From positions 1 to 28,480 of IMG/VR virus record IMGVR_UViG_3300005573_000240: 28,480 nucleotides of DNA; one strand, given 5' to 3'. Position 1 is the stretch's first letter, and every line of letters begins with the position of its first letter. Positions 1 through 8,985 of the stretch are shown here, one piece after another. The position numbers and the translations under genes were made by a program. Source of the DNA: a virus. Lineage: Duplodnaviria; Caudoviricetes. The notes under the pieces were generated by a model, which saw only the letters and a program-made list of their open reading frames with translations, had not been told where the DNA came from and searched no databases.

Positions 1-333
1 CGACGACGGCACTCCTTTCGTAATGAGCCGAAACAGCCGGTAGTAGGCCGTGGGCGGGTCACTGTCGAAGGTTTCACGCGCCCGGAGATAGAGCGTGACC
101 TGATGCCGCCACACATCCATGCCGCCCAAGGTCCCAGGACTTGTGCCCTGCCAGGCGACCAGGATGCCCGGCGCGGGCATCTCGTGGATTGCCGCCGCGA
201 GGCTCGCGCGCTTCGGATACTGATCGTGGTAGGCGAAGATGCGCTGCTCGTCGCCCTCCATCTCGGCGACCAGATCCGGGATGTCGCGCAGCAAGGTGAC
301 CAAATTGTCAACGAGCTCCGCTGCGTTGATCAT
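1..333 (-). CDS. Putative tail completion/terminator protein, partial (runs off the window edge)
   Basis: Hand-translated ORF not in the track: ATG at 333 (ATGA overlap with the stop of 330..785), MINAAELVDNLVTLLRDIPDLVAEMEGDEQRIFAYHDQYP..., open to position 1. Function inferred from its position after the neck genes. Confidence 0.6.
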   Translation of the reverse strand, partial: MINAAELVDNLVTLLRDIPDLVAEMEGDEQRIFAYHDQYPKRASLAAAIHEMPAPGILVAWQGTSPGTLGGMDVWRHQVTLYLRARETFDSDPPTAYYRLFRLITKGVPSS

Positions 334-785
334 GCCTGCCTGCCTCCGAGCGCCTTCTCCACCAGTAACCTGGGCTTCATTGCCTCGAGCATCTTCTGGG
401 CGGCCCCGGTGACCACCGCCTTGTTCTTAGGCGAAAAGACCATCCAGGGCTCGATGTTTTGGTTGACCCCAGCCTTGATGCGGTTCTTCCGGGTCGAAAG
501 GCTTGCTTTGGCTCGGTTCTCGCTTACCGTGCGGACCTGGAAGTTTTGCAGGAGATCTCCTGTGAGCATCAGGTTTCGCCGGTTCCCTTTTCCCTGTTTC
601 GTCTTCCAGATCGCATAGCCCTTGGTGAGCGGCTTGGCGGGTGCATCCGTAGGACCCTGCGCCGCCGCCAGCCGCGCTTTGACCGCCGCCACGCCCACGC
701 TGCCCAGCTCGTACATCTGTCGCTGTTGGAAGTTCAACAAATCGAGCCGCAATTGTTTCTTCTGGTAGACGCGTACGCTCGGCAT
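330..785 (-). CDS. Putative neck/tail completion (virion morphogenesis) protein
   Basis: 151 aa basic protein with a KPLTKGYA...NLMLTGDLL motif resembling phage virion morphogenesis proteins; lies downstream of the head-tail joining gene. Confidence 0.6.
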   Translation of the reverse strand: MPSVRVYQKKQLRLDLLNFQQRQMYELGSVGVAAVKARLAAAQGPTDAPAKPLTKGYAIWKTKQGKGNRRNLMLTGDLLQNFQVRTVSENRAKASLSTRKNRIKAGVNQNIEPWMVFSPKNKAVVTGAAQKMLEAMKPRLLVEKALGGRQA

Positions 786-788
786 GGA

Positions 789-1085
789 CTATTCCGCTTG
801 GCGTAGTCTCAGTACGACGGCCCCTTCTGTATCGGCGTCGACCTCGAACACCTTGTAGGTGGTTCCGTCCACGCTGACCTGATCGCCGCGCGCAGGAGAC
901 GCTCCAAGCAGATCCGGCCGCATGAACAGCACCGCATAGACTCCGGGCGCAGAGCCCTCCGGCTGGGAAGTGCGCTGGAAGACTCCGCGCCCGGCAATAG
1001 AGCCGCCCGCCTGCGGAAGAAACACGATGTCTCTTCCGAAAGCGTTGATGCAGGCCGTGTCCATGCTGGCGAAATCGTGCAGCAT
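789..1085 (-). CDS. Head-tail joining protein (lambda gpFII-like)
   Basis: 98 aa, beta-rich, C-terminal PARGDQVSVDGTTYKV...D..G...LRL pattern; synteny after the capsid and DUF2190 genes. Confidence 0.7.
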   Translation of the reverse strand: MLHDFASMDTACINAFGRDIVFLPQAGGSIAGRGVFQRTSQPEGSAPGVYAVLFMRPDLLGASPARGDQVSVDGTTYKVFEVDADTEGAVVLRLRQAE

Positions 1086-1094
1086 GGTTGTCCG

Positions 1095-1445
1095 TCAGGC
1101 TCGCGCCAAAAGCACATTGATGGCCGCGGTGGCTCCAGAGGAGACAGTTCCCAAGGCGTAGCCGAAGAAGGTTCCCGTGCTCTTCTTCGACAGCACCGGG
1201 GTGTCGGCGTCGACGTAGTAGATCTTGTCGCCGACGGCCACCGCGGAGTTTCCAGCGCCGTCCACTCCCTTCACGGATACGTTAACCACTCCCGTGACCT
1301 GGACCACTGTCGTGCCGTCCGATTGCTTGTCGGCGATGGCTACGCCGCAGAAGGCACCGATGCGGACCGGAGACCCGGATGTGGGTGCGGACGGATGGCT
1401 CACCGCTATGGTGATGATGTCCTCGTCTTGAACGTAGTTTTTCAT
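1095..1445 (-). CDS. DUF2190-family capsid decoration/cement protein
   Basis: MKNYVQ start, SGSPVRIG..GVA, VGDKIYY and GYA motifs typical of DUF2190; directly downstream of the major capsid gene. Confidence 0.8.
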   Translation of the reverse strand: MKNYVQDEDIITIAVSHPSAPTSGSPVRIGAFCGVAIADKQSDGTTVVQVTGVVNVSVKGVDGAGNSAVAVGDKIYYVDADTPVLSKKSTGTFFGYALGTVSSGATAAINVLLARA

Positions 1446-1470
1446 GTTTCCTCCTCAGTTAACTTCCGGC

Positions 1471-3678
1471 TTACGCACCGGTGTTCTTATACAGCCCGCG
1501 CCAATCAATGGCCTTCGCGCCGAAATCCAGCCAGGCCTTGATCTTCAGCCCGAGCGTATCGTCTGGGTTCTCGATCCGCTCCACCTGCGGTCCTTGCGCG
1601 CCTTCCAGATAGGCATATTCCACGGTCGGAATCGCCATCGGGTCAGCGGCGAGATACCACGCCGTGGTCGATACGGTATCGAGATTGGCATCCACGACCA
1701 CCTCGAGTTGGCCAGCAAACGGGTTGAAATCGGTTTGCTTCGTGACGACGATGTTCGGGACGTTTGTGAACTGCACGGCGGTGACTCGCTTCGCCACGGG
1801 GACGATGAGGAAGCGAGGCGCGATGTTCAGCGGAGTGACCCCGTCGAGCCCCTTCTGCGTCATCATCGCCGCCGTCCCGGCGTCTAGCGTGGTGATCGAG
1901 ATAGCGCCGCCAGTACCGGCCAAGTTCCCATGGTTCGCGTGGAAGAGCGCAGTGCCGTCGCTCATGGTGGGGTTGCCGGTGAGCACGGCGTATACTGTGC
2001 TATTTTCCAGAACCGCAGCCTGGACTCCAATGCCGGCGAAGAGCTGTTGAATCGCGCCGAGATCGTCGTTGATGATCATCTCGCGAGTGATTTGCAGGCC
2101 CTTCGCGTAAGTCCCGATAGCGTACTGCTCCCTGGTCTCCGTGGTCGATCCGAACGTGATTGTTCCGCCTTCAGCCAGCTTCGTGAAGGCCGGAAACTCG
2201 CCGATGCGTAAACGGCTGACCGGCTTGAAGTCCGGAGCCGTGCTTTGCTTTGCCCAGCGTTTGTAGGTCGGAGCCGCATACTGGTAGGCATCCAGCAACG
2301 TCTTATTCGCGACGTTCGCAAGCACGTTCGGGAAATCGCTCGTACTGAGAGCGAATTTGACCAGCTCGTTCGGCGTAGTCGGTCGCCCGCGGCCCGCCAG
2401 GCGCACGCACTCTTCGGCCATGCGCGAGAGACGCATTCCGCGCCATTCGTTCTGACCGTCCACCTGGTGGCGCTGCGGGGAGATCTGATGCATGAGCGCC
2501 GCCGTCATCGCGCCGATGCGCTTATCGACCTCGTCGAACTCGACCGTCGCCACCTGTGACCTGGTCGGCGTTTTCTCGTAGCGGGCTGCGAGCTCATCGA
2601 AGATTCGGGCGCGAGCTTCTTCGAGGCTCACTCCAGATGCGCAGAGCTCGTCCGCAAATTTCTCATCCAGACCCGCGCCTTTTACGGCGGCTCGGATCTT
2701 CTGTTGTTCGGCCGCGATCTGCGCGCGCAGTGCGGCAACATCCACCGTTTCGCGGGCAGTGATCCCCGCTTCTTGTTCAGCCATTTCCTCCTCCTTGTGA
2801 CTAGAGCGGGCCAACACCCGCGTTTGATCGCTCAGGACGGTTGCTCTCGGGTCGGCGGGAACGGGGACGATGGAGATCTCCATCGGCTCCCAATCCGTCG
2901 CCAGATACGTCCCGTCCTCTTGCTGCTGGCGCTGATAAATCAGCGCACCAATCGAGACGTTCCGAATGATGCCGTCTCGAATGTCGTTCCAAATCGGCTC
3001 AACGTCCGGGCGCGAACTGAAGCGCAGTTTGGCAACCAGCTTTCCTCCCTCGATTCGCGCACTATCGACTACGCCGATCTGATTTCTAATGCTGCCGTCC
3101 TCGTGGGAGTCGAGCACAGGCGCTCCGACCAGACGGCCCATCCGCACCTGTTTGGGCTCCAGGCCGAGCTGCAATTGGTAGGTCTCGCCCGTCCATAAGT
3201 TGATGCGTGTCACGGGCGCGCCAGAGTAGGCCACGACGCTTACCGTCCGCTGCGCCTCGTCGATAGTCGAGGGTGGCATCGCCCGGAGCTCGATACGCTC
3301 CGGGTCAGCGCGCTCTGCGCTTGCGGACATCAACTCCGGAGGCTCCTTGCCTCCATCCTTCAAGTGCGCCGCCAGGTGGCGGTATACGCCTTCGCGATCT
3401 CCAGCCGGGATATCAGCTCCGCCGCGTCCTCCGTTCAGCGCTCCGATGCCGGCAGAGCATGCAGTCAGGTTTGCCGCTCCTGGATTGCCGTCTCCATCGA
3501 CTTCGTGATGCGGAAACTTGTAGGCAGACTTGGTAGTCGGATCTCCCTCTGGATCGCGCCAGGCATACTCGCGGGCGTAGTACGATTCACTCTCGCCGGA
3601 TCTGAGGCGCTTCTCGTTCGCGCCGGCATCCCAGGCCGAATCCGACGTCTCGGTATGATGTACTGCGATGGCAGGCAT
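1471..3678 (-). CDS. Prohead protease-major capsid protein fusion
   Basis: 735 aa: protease region (APVLDSH, GIIRNVSIG, WEPMEISIVPVPAD), scaffold-like linker, then capsid region (STSDFPNVLANVANK, DFGAKAIDWRGLYKN). Confidence 0.92.
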   Translation of the reverse strand: MPAIAVHHTETSDSAWDAGANEKRLRSGESESYYAREYAWRDPEGDPTTKSAYKFPHHEVDGDGNPGAANLTACSAGIGALNGGRGGADIPAGDREGVYRHLAAHLKDGGKEPPELMSASAERADPERIELRAMPPSTIDEAQRTVSVVAYSGAPVTRINLWTGETYQLQLGLEPKQVRMGRLVGAPVLDSHEDGSIRNQIGVVDSARIEGGKLVAKLRFSSRPDVEPIWNDIRDGIIRNVSIGALIYQRQQQEDGTYLATDWEPMEISIVPVPADPRATVLSDQTRVLARSSHKEEEMAEQEAGITARETVDVAALRAQIAAEQQKIRAAVKGAGLDEKFADELCASGVSLEEARARIFDELAARYEKTPTRSQVATVEFDEVDKRIGAMTAALMHQISPQRHQVDGQNEWRGMRLSRMAEECVRLAGRGRPTTPNELVKFALSTSDFPNVLANVANKTLLDAYQYAAPTYKRWAKQSTAPDFKPVSRLRIGEFPAFTKLAEGGTITFGSTTETREQYAIGTYAKGLQITREMIINDDLGAIQQLFAGIGVQAAVLENSTVYAVLTGNPTMSDGTALFHANHGNLAGTGGAISITTLDAGTAAMMTQKGLDGVTPLNIAPRFLIVPVAKRVTAVQFTNVPNIVVTKQTDFNPFAGQLEVVVDANLDTVSTTAWYLAADPMAIPTVEYAYLEGAQGPQVERIENPDDTLGLKIKAWLDFGAKAIDWRGLYKNTGA

Positions 3679-3679
3679 G

Positions 3680-5104
3680 TTAACCCTCCTTCTGCTGGAT
3701 TCCGCTTGATGTCACCTTCCGCGGGTCGCAATCGAGAACGATTCCCAGGCGGTCCAGCGTCTCGTTAGTCGCGGCGATCTCGGCGAGCTGCTCGTCTGGG
3801 TCGTAGCCCATCTCGGAAATCGCTTCGCGTAGCGTTGTGAGACCGTTGCGAATGTTGGCCTGTACCGCCGCCGCCTCCTTCGCAGGGTCGACCCACTCCC
3901 ATTTCGGGGGCGTCCACGTGACAGCAGCCTCGACTCCAGCCAGGGAAATTACGCGGTCCCAGACCGGCTGGCAGAATTGTGGAATCAGGATCTGCCAGCG
4001 GAATTGATCAATCATGCGGCGGAATTCGAGGAGCCCCGCGCGGATCGACGAATAGTTGGTTTGCGAAAGGTCTCCAGCAAGTACCTCGTAGGGCACTCCG
4101 AGCCCCGCCGCGATCGACCGAAGCTGATGTCGCACGTAGTCCGGATATCCGGCCGACGGCTGCGGCGTCGCAAATCTCACGTCCTCGCTATCGCCCAGGT
4201 AGGCGATCATCCCCGGCTCGAATGTCTCGACGCGCTGGGAGTCTTGCGTCTGGGACGTTCCAAGCGTCCGACCCGGGTCGCCACCCACGACGAAGGCAGC
4301 GAAGCAGGCCTCGATCTTCTTGCGGACGAGCTCGGCCTCCTCGTAATCGTCGAGATCGCGCATGCGCATGACGACCGGAGCGAGCCAAGGCACGCCGCGC
4401 TCTTGACCAGGTCGGTCTTTCCGGTAGATGTGCAGGACTTGGTCTGCCGGAACGAGGCTAGGCAATGGAAGCGTAGCGCCTGCCAGCGTCGAGGCCTCGC
4501 CAGGATGACGGTCGTACAGCCAGTAACCGATGCGACGACCGATCAGGTCGTACTGAATGCCCTGGATCGCGTAGCCGGTGTCGGTCGGGCCTGTCTTCGC
4601 CGAATAGAGGTAATCCGGCTCCAGAACCTGCAATTGAATCGGCGGCTGGATACCGTCCTCGGGCCTGCGCGGGCGAAAGCGCACCAGGCACTCGCCACTT
4701 TCCACCACGGTCCTCGCGACCAGCGCTTGCAGTCCGTACCAATCCAGGACTCCGTCCGCGTCGCAGATCTCGATCCACCGCCGCCACAGCGCCGCAGCAT
4801 CTTGCTGTTGCGTGCGCGCCACAATTCCCGTTCCGACCGCATTTTGGGCAATCGCAGCCACGGCCCGCGCTGCATAGGCGTTGTTGCGCACGAGGTCGCG
4901 CGACCTGGCGCGAAGCCTCGATGCCGCGCCGGCGATCTCTGCGTTCGGGCCAGTATCCTGAGCGAGCCATCCCGCTGTGCGGCGCGTGGAGCGAGCGCCC
5001 TCGTACGCAAAGCGCTCAGCGGCGTGCATAGACATGCGCGCGTGCACACGTCTGCTGGCCCGGGCCGGATCGAACCAGGCAATAAGTCGGTCTAACCAGT
5101 TCAT
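3680..5104 (-). CDS. Phage portal protein, lambda family
   Basis: LRARSRDLVRNN, RPGQERGVPW, GDLSQTNYSSIRAGLLEF and WVDPAKE motifs. Confidence 0.95.
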   Translation of the reverse strand: MNWLDRLIAWFDPARASRRVHARMSMHAAERFAYEGARSTRRTAGWLAQDTGPNAEIAGAASRLRARSRDLVRNNAYAARAVAAIAQNAVGTGIVARTQQQDAAALWRRWIEICDADGVLDWYGLQALVARTVVESGECLVRFRPRRPEDGIQPPIQLQVLEPDYLYSAKTGPTDTGYAIQGIQYDLIGRRIGYWLYDRHPGEASTLAGATLPLPSLVPADQVLHIYRKDRPGQERGVPWLAPVVMRMRDLDDYEEAELVRKKIEACFAAFVVGGDPGRTLGTSQTQDSQRVETFEPGMIAYLGDSEDVRFATPQPSAGYPDYVRHQLRSIAAGLGVPYEVLAGDLSQTNYSSIRAGLLEFRRMIDQFRWQILIPQFCQPVWDRVISLAGVEAAVTWTPPKWEWVDPAKEAAAVQANIRNGLTTLREAISEMGYDPDEQLAEIAATNETLDRLGIVLDCDPRKVTSSGIQQKEG

Positions 5105-5299
5105 TTATCCTTTTGCGAATTGGGCGTAGCTGACGCTACGCTGCGCCTGCTGCTGCGCGCGCGCGATCTCGGCGTCGATCGCAGCCAGGGCTTTGGCCTG
5201 GTCTGCATACTGCACGCTGCGCTCTCCGAATTGGACCTTGTAGATGCCGATGGTCTTGAGAACTTCCTCTCGACGGGCTTGCAGTTCCTCGATCGTCAT
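5105..5299 (-). CDS. Head-tail adaptor, lambda gpW-like
   Basis: Small protein (VQFGERSVQY...LAAIDAEIA) between terminase and portal; ATG at 5299 overlaps the terminase stop (ATGA). Confidence 0.8.
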   Translation of the reverse strand: MTIEELQARREEVLKTIGIYKVQFGERSVQYADQAKALAAIDAEIARAQQQAQRSVSYAQFAKG

Positions 5300-7152
5300 G
5301 AGAGCCACCCTTTATTGCGCGGGAGCCAGGATTCGTGTTGCGTCTGCCTCTCCGGCACTGGCCGCGCGCGCGCCAATAGGTCGAGCCTATCGGCCTCTCG
5401 GTCGATGAGCACTCCTTGCTGAGCCAGGCCGAACGTCGCGGCATAGGCGTAGACCGCGCAATCGAGCGCCTCTGCGCGGCGTCCCTTACGCCGTTCCCAG
5501 GTGCGCACCGGGCGTCCGCGCTTATAGGTCGTCCGTAGGAACTCACTAGTGAGCTGCTCGAAGTACTCCCTATCCACAGTCGCCGGAAAATGCGTCGCGC
5601 CCGGGCCGCTTCCGTTTCGGAGACGCGCCATGATCGTGGACTTCAGGCTGTCAACTCCGACCACGTAGAGCTTGCCGCGCTGACTGCGACTCTGACGCCG
5701 CGGCCAGGCTGGAACCGCTCCGCCCGCCCCCTTAATGGCCCAGATCCTACGGCCGGAGCGCTGCTCGCAGAACCGCGTCACAATCGCCGTAGCGAATCCG
5801 GCATCGACGCAGGTTGCCGCTATCGACATCGGCCCGCCGCGCGGATGCAGCCAGGGCTGGGACAGATAGCGATCCAACTCCGGCCACGGGCCATGATCGG
5901 GTCCGATCGTCGGATCGCCGGGGATGGTCCTGTGCTCCATCAGCCATGACTCCTCGCCGCGTCCCCACGCCCACACGCTGCACTCGATCCGGTCATCCTG
6001 CACGTCCGCTCCTGCGGTCAGGAGAGCGGCGCCGTCCGGCAATTGCGACCCGTACTGTTCCCTCCGCGCCAGTAGGTCATCGTCGCTCACCTGGGACGCG
6101 ACTTGGTCGTCCCAGAGCTCGGCCAGACTAGTGTTAACAAACGCGCGCAGTCGCTCCACGTTGCCTTGGGAGGCAAGCCATTCGGTGGCCAGCTCTGCCC
6201 AGGAGCGCCACGGGCTATATAGTTCGCTCAGGTGGAAACCTGCGATTTGCGCGTCAGCCCCCGGCTCCCAGCGCCCGCGGGCAACCATGCGCGATTTGGC
6301 TCCGTGCGGAATGAGTCGGTCGCAGCTCGCACAGCGGTACTGCGCTTCCTCCGGCTTTCCGTCCGGCCATTCCACGCGACCCCAGACGAGACGCTGGTAT
6401 TGGCCGCAGTGCGGGCACGGCACGTGATACTCGCGCTGGTCCGACTCGAGCCATGCTTGCTCGATGCGTGAGACGCCGCGCGTGGTTGGAGAGCTGACCA
6501 TGACAATCTTGCGATTCCAGAAAGTTCGCGTCCTCGCGATCGCCAGCGCCGCGGGATCGCCCTCCGCTCCCGCCGAGGCCTCCCAGCGATCCAGCTCGTC
6601 CATGAGCAGATACCGCACCGGGCGCGAGGCGAGGCCAGCCGGGGAATTACTCCCAACCACGGTCAGATGGCCGCCGATGAATCGCCGGTGGAAGATAGTG
6701 CTGCCGGCGTCGCGAGCGCGTGGGTCAGCCACCAGCCCATGCAGCACCTCGGTATCGCGGAACATCGGAGAAATGCGGTCTTTGCTGAAGGCCTCGGCCA
6801 TGGACAACGTCGGCTGCACGACTAGGATCGGCCCGGGCTGCATCGCGATAATGTAGGCGATCAAGGTCAGCAGCATTTCAGTCTTTCCGAGCTGGCTTCC
6901 CCACATCAGGACGACGTGAGCGTATCGACTCTGCGGGCTTAGCGCGTCTAGCACCTCGCGCTGGTACGGCAGCGTCATCCACGCGCCTGGCGCTGCGCTT
7001 GCTTCGCTCGAGAGCCGACGGTACCGATCGGCCCAGTCCGCTAGGCTGAGCCGCTCCGGAGGCCTCAGGGCCGCCGCAATTCTCGGAAGCAGCTCTGTCG
7101 CCGACGGCAGCAAGTCGAGAGCTGAGAGCCCGCAAGACGCTATCGCAGACAT
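5296..7152 (-). CDS. Terminase large subunit, lambda GpA family
   Basis: Walker A-like GSQLGKTE, Walker B YLLMDELD, VSSPT, CPHC/CASC zinc motif, nuclease GADVQDDR and EALDCAVYA. True start may be TTG at 7113. Confidence 0.95.
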   Translation of the reverse strand: MSAIASCGLSALDLLPSATELLPRIAAALRPPERLSLADWADRYRRLSSEASAAPGAWMTLPYQREVLDALSPQSRYAHVVLMWGSQLGKTEMLLTLIAYIIAMQPGPILVVQPTLSMAEAFSKDRISPMFRDTEVLHGLVADPRARDAGSTIFHRRFIGGHLTVVGSNSPAGLASRPVRYLLMDELDRWEASAGAEGDPAALAIARTRTFWNRKIVMVSSPTTRGVSRIEQAWLESDQREYHVPCPHCGQYQRLVWGRVEWPDGKPEEAQYRCASCDRLIPHGAKSRMVARGRWEPGADAQIAGFHLSELYSPWRSWAELATEWLASQGNVERLRAFVNTSLAELWDDQVASQVSDDDLLARREQYGSQLPDGAALLTAGADVQDDRIECSVWAWGRGEESWLMEHRTIPGDPTIGPDHGPWPELDRYLSQPWLHPRGGPMSIAATCVDAGFATAIVTRFCEQRSGRRIWAIKGAGGAVPAWPRRQSRSQRGKLYVVGVDSLKSTIMARLRNGSGPGATHFPATVDREYFEQLTSEFLRTTYKRGRPVRTWERRKGRRAEALDCAVYAYAATFGLAQQGVLIDREADRLDLLARARPVPERQTQHESWLPRNKGWLS

Positions 7153-7414
7153 CGCTCAGCACCGCCCTAGCCTCGGAGCCATTCCGCACACCAACGAGCT
7201 GGGGAGCGGCCATGTCAGGAATCCTAAGCACCGCATCTCGAAGCATCGCAGCCGTCTCGGACCAGGTCCGCTCGACTTCGTCTCTCCGAAGCAGCATCCC
7301 GCGCTGCTCGGCGACCTCAAGTTCGCGAAGTTCCGCAAGCGCGACTTCCTTCCGGCGTCGGGCTTCATTAGCGCTGATCTTTGCCTGCTGGTCGGCCTTC
7401 GACAGCCTGGGCAT
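6878..7414 (-). CDS. Terminase small subunit (Nu1-like), overlapping the large subunit
   Basis: EARRRKEVALAELRELEVAEQRGMLL..EV...W......LRDAVLRIP resembles the Nu1 oligomerisation region; immediately upstream of terL. Confidence 0.75.
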   Translation of the reverse strand: MPRLSKADQQAKISANEARRRKEVALAELRELEVAEQRGMLLRRDEVERTWSETAAMLRDAVLRIPDMAAPQLVGVRNGSEARAVLSDVCDSVLRALSSRLAAVGDRAASENCGGPEASGAAQPSGLGRSVPSALERSKRSARRVDDAAVPARGARRAKPAESIRSRRPDVGKPARKD

Positions 7415-7439
7415 GCGCCCCCCACTTTTCGAGCGCTGC

Positions 7440-7500
7440 AGCTAGCCAGAAAATGCAAACCGGTTCACCCGCCCGCGCCGCTAGCCGGGAAGGACCCAAC
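7440..7500 (-). other. Putative cos packaging site (cosQ-like element plus adjacent candidate cosN)
   Basis: Minus strand reads GGGTCCTTCCCGG at 7497..7485, versus lambda cosQ context GGGTCCTTTCCGG; intergenic, just upstream of terS. Confidence 0.6.
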
Positions 7501-7510
7501 GTCCGCAGAA

Positions 7511-7879
7511 TCATGCACTTACCAGGCATTCTCTAACTACTTGAAAAAACAGCGGGCGCACTTCCTCTGGCGCGTAGTTGGTGCCCCAGCGCGCGCCGCC
7601 GAGGCGCTTCAAATCCCAACAAACTCCGTGCTGCAATCTGTCGCGGAAACTGTACTTAGTTCCCATATAGGCAGTACGGGCCACCGGAAATTCCCCTTGG
7701 CGCGCCGTCATAATCGCGCGCTGTATCGCTCCGCTCCTCGATCGCACAATTCTGGCGATCAGCCCGGCTGCTTCCATCTTTTGCAGAGCGGACTCACTGA
7801 GAGCGCCGTATATCCTTCCATCAGCGCGGTAAACAGGTATTTTGCTTGGCACGCGTTGAAATGGGCAGAGCTGCCCCAA
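7511..7879 (-). CDS. Hypothetical phage protein
   Basis: 122 aa ORF co-oriented with the late genes, upstream of cos; no family recognised. Confidence 0.6.
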   Translation of the reverse strand: MGQLCPFQRVPSKIPVYRADGRIYGALSESALQKMEAAGLIARIVRSRSGAIQRAIMTARQGEFPVARTAYMGTKYSFRDRLQHGVCWDLKRLGGARWGTNYAPEEVRPLFFQVVRECLVSA

Positions 7880-8272
7880 TGGCTACTGCTGCGAGGTAGA
7901 TTTCAGACCGCCCCGACGGTCTCTAGCGCCCGTGCACCCTGATGCTTACGCGGTACTTCGCCCAGATCTCCTCCGGCAGGGGGTTGGCCTCACGGATCAA
8001 GCGCCAATGCTTAGCGCGCGAAGCCTCCCAGGCGCGATAACTCGCCTCGGCCTTATCAGCGTCCGATGCCCTGCCGGAAGCGCAATGAGGCAGGCGGACG
8101 GCTTGACCCTCGATCTTTTCGTATCCCGTGCCCCTGTTTCGTCGTATGGAAAACCATAGAATCCATCAGATGGTTTCCCGTCATCCAGTTCTTGACGCAG
8201 CCACCTAGAAATCTGCTCCACTGGTTCGGTTCCCATTATTAAGTGGGGAAAAGTTGGAATTTTAGGAAGGTT

Positions 8273-8803
8273 TCACTTGAAGATTTTTTTCAGCCTGAAT
8301 ATCGCTGAATGCAGGCGCATCCGCACGGCGCGCGGATCTACGCCCAGTTTCTTGGCCGCCTGCTCCTGCGTGAGTCCATAGACATAAACCAACTCCACGG
8401 CCTCCAACTGCTTCTTAGTCAGCAACTTGCGGGACAAATGATAGTCTTGAAACAGCATCCATGCCTCAGGCCTAGCAGCATGAATCGGGGCGAGCGGATA
8501 GTTGTCGGGGCGGTAATGCGCCGATATCGAGCGATTGACTGTCCTGCGCACGATCGATGCCACATAGCGCCGCGACCATGCAATGGATTTGTCGCCATTC
8601 CCCCGAATAGTCTGGAGAAGCTCCACTGCCACGTCCTGAACGACGTCGTCCACCTCGAGCGAGCCCGGCACGGACCTGGACGAGACCATGCTGCGAACGA
8701 GCTTGTTAACCAGGTCAAGATAGCTCTCGACAAGCTCGTTGCGCCCATCGACTCCGATGGGCAACTGGGTTTTTGAGCTGGCGGTTTTTGGCCCAATCTT
8801 CAA
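8273..8803 (-). CDS. Sigma70/ECF-like factor (region 2 + region 4 HTH), probable late transcription regulator
   Basis: RNELVESYLDLV...EVDDVVQD (region 2-like) and LTKKQLEAVELVYVYGLTQEQAAKKLGV...VRMRLHSAIFRLK (region 4). TTG at 8803 overlaps the upstream stop (TTGA); the track ORF extends to 8896. Confidence 0.8.
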   Translation of the reverse strand: MKIGPKTASSKTQLPIGVDGRNELVESYLDLVNKLVRSMVSSRSVPGSLEVDDVVQDVAVELLQTIRGNGDKSIAWSRRYVASIVRRTVNRSISAHYRPDNYPLAPIHAARPEAWMLFQDYHLSRKLLTKKQLEAVELVYVYGLTQEQAAKKLGVDPRAVRMRLHSAIFRLKKIFK

Positions 8804-8985
8804 GAGCGGCCCGTGCCCCCCTTGCCTCGACGCTTCCGTCTCCCATCCGCGCGGAACTCGAACCACGCGATGATTTCCCCCAGGGCCGCGATGCACTCAG
8901 AGACTGACTTGTGCGGCCTGCATCTGAGACCACAACGGGGACAGACGCTTTGATCCGCCCGTATGTAATCCATCGTCCTCCTCAC
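8800..8985 (-). CDS. Small zinc-finger-like hypothetical protein
   Basis: 61 aa, CPRC...H....C; 4-bp start/stop overlaps with both neighbours. Confidence 0.55.
   Translation of the reverse strand: MRRTMDYIRADQSVCPRCGLRCRPHKSVSECIAALGEIIAWFEFRADGRRKRRGKGGTGRS

Noticed and set aside
3977-5095. Long plus-strand ORFs opposite structural and early genes (e.g. 372 aa here, 24989..25666, 13697..14347)
   Set aside because: Antisense shadows of high-GC coding genes with no recognisable motifs.
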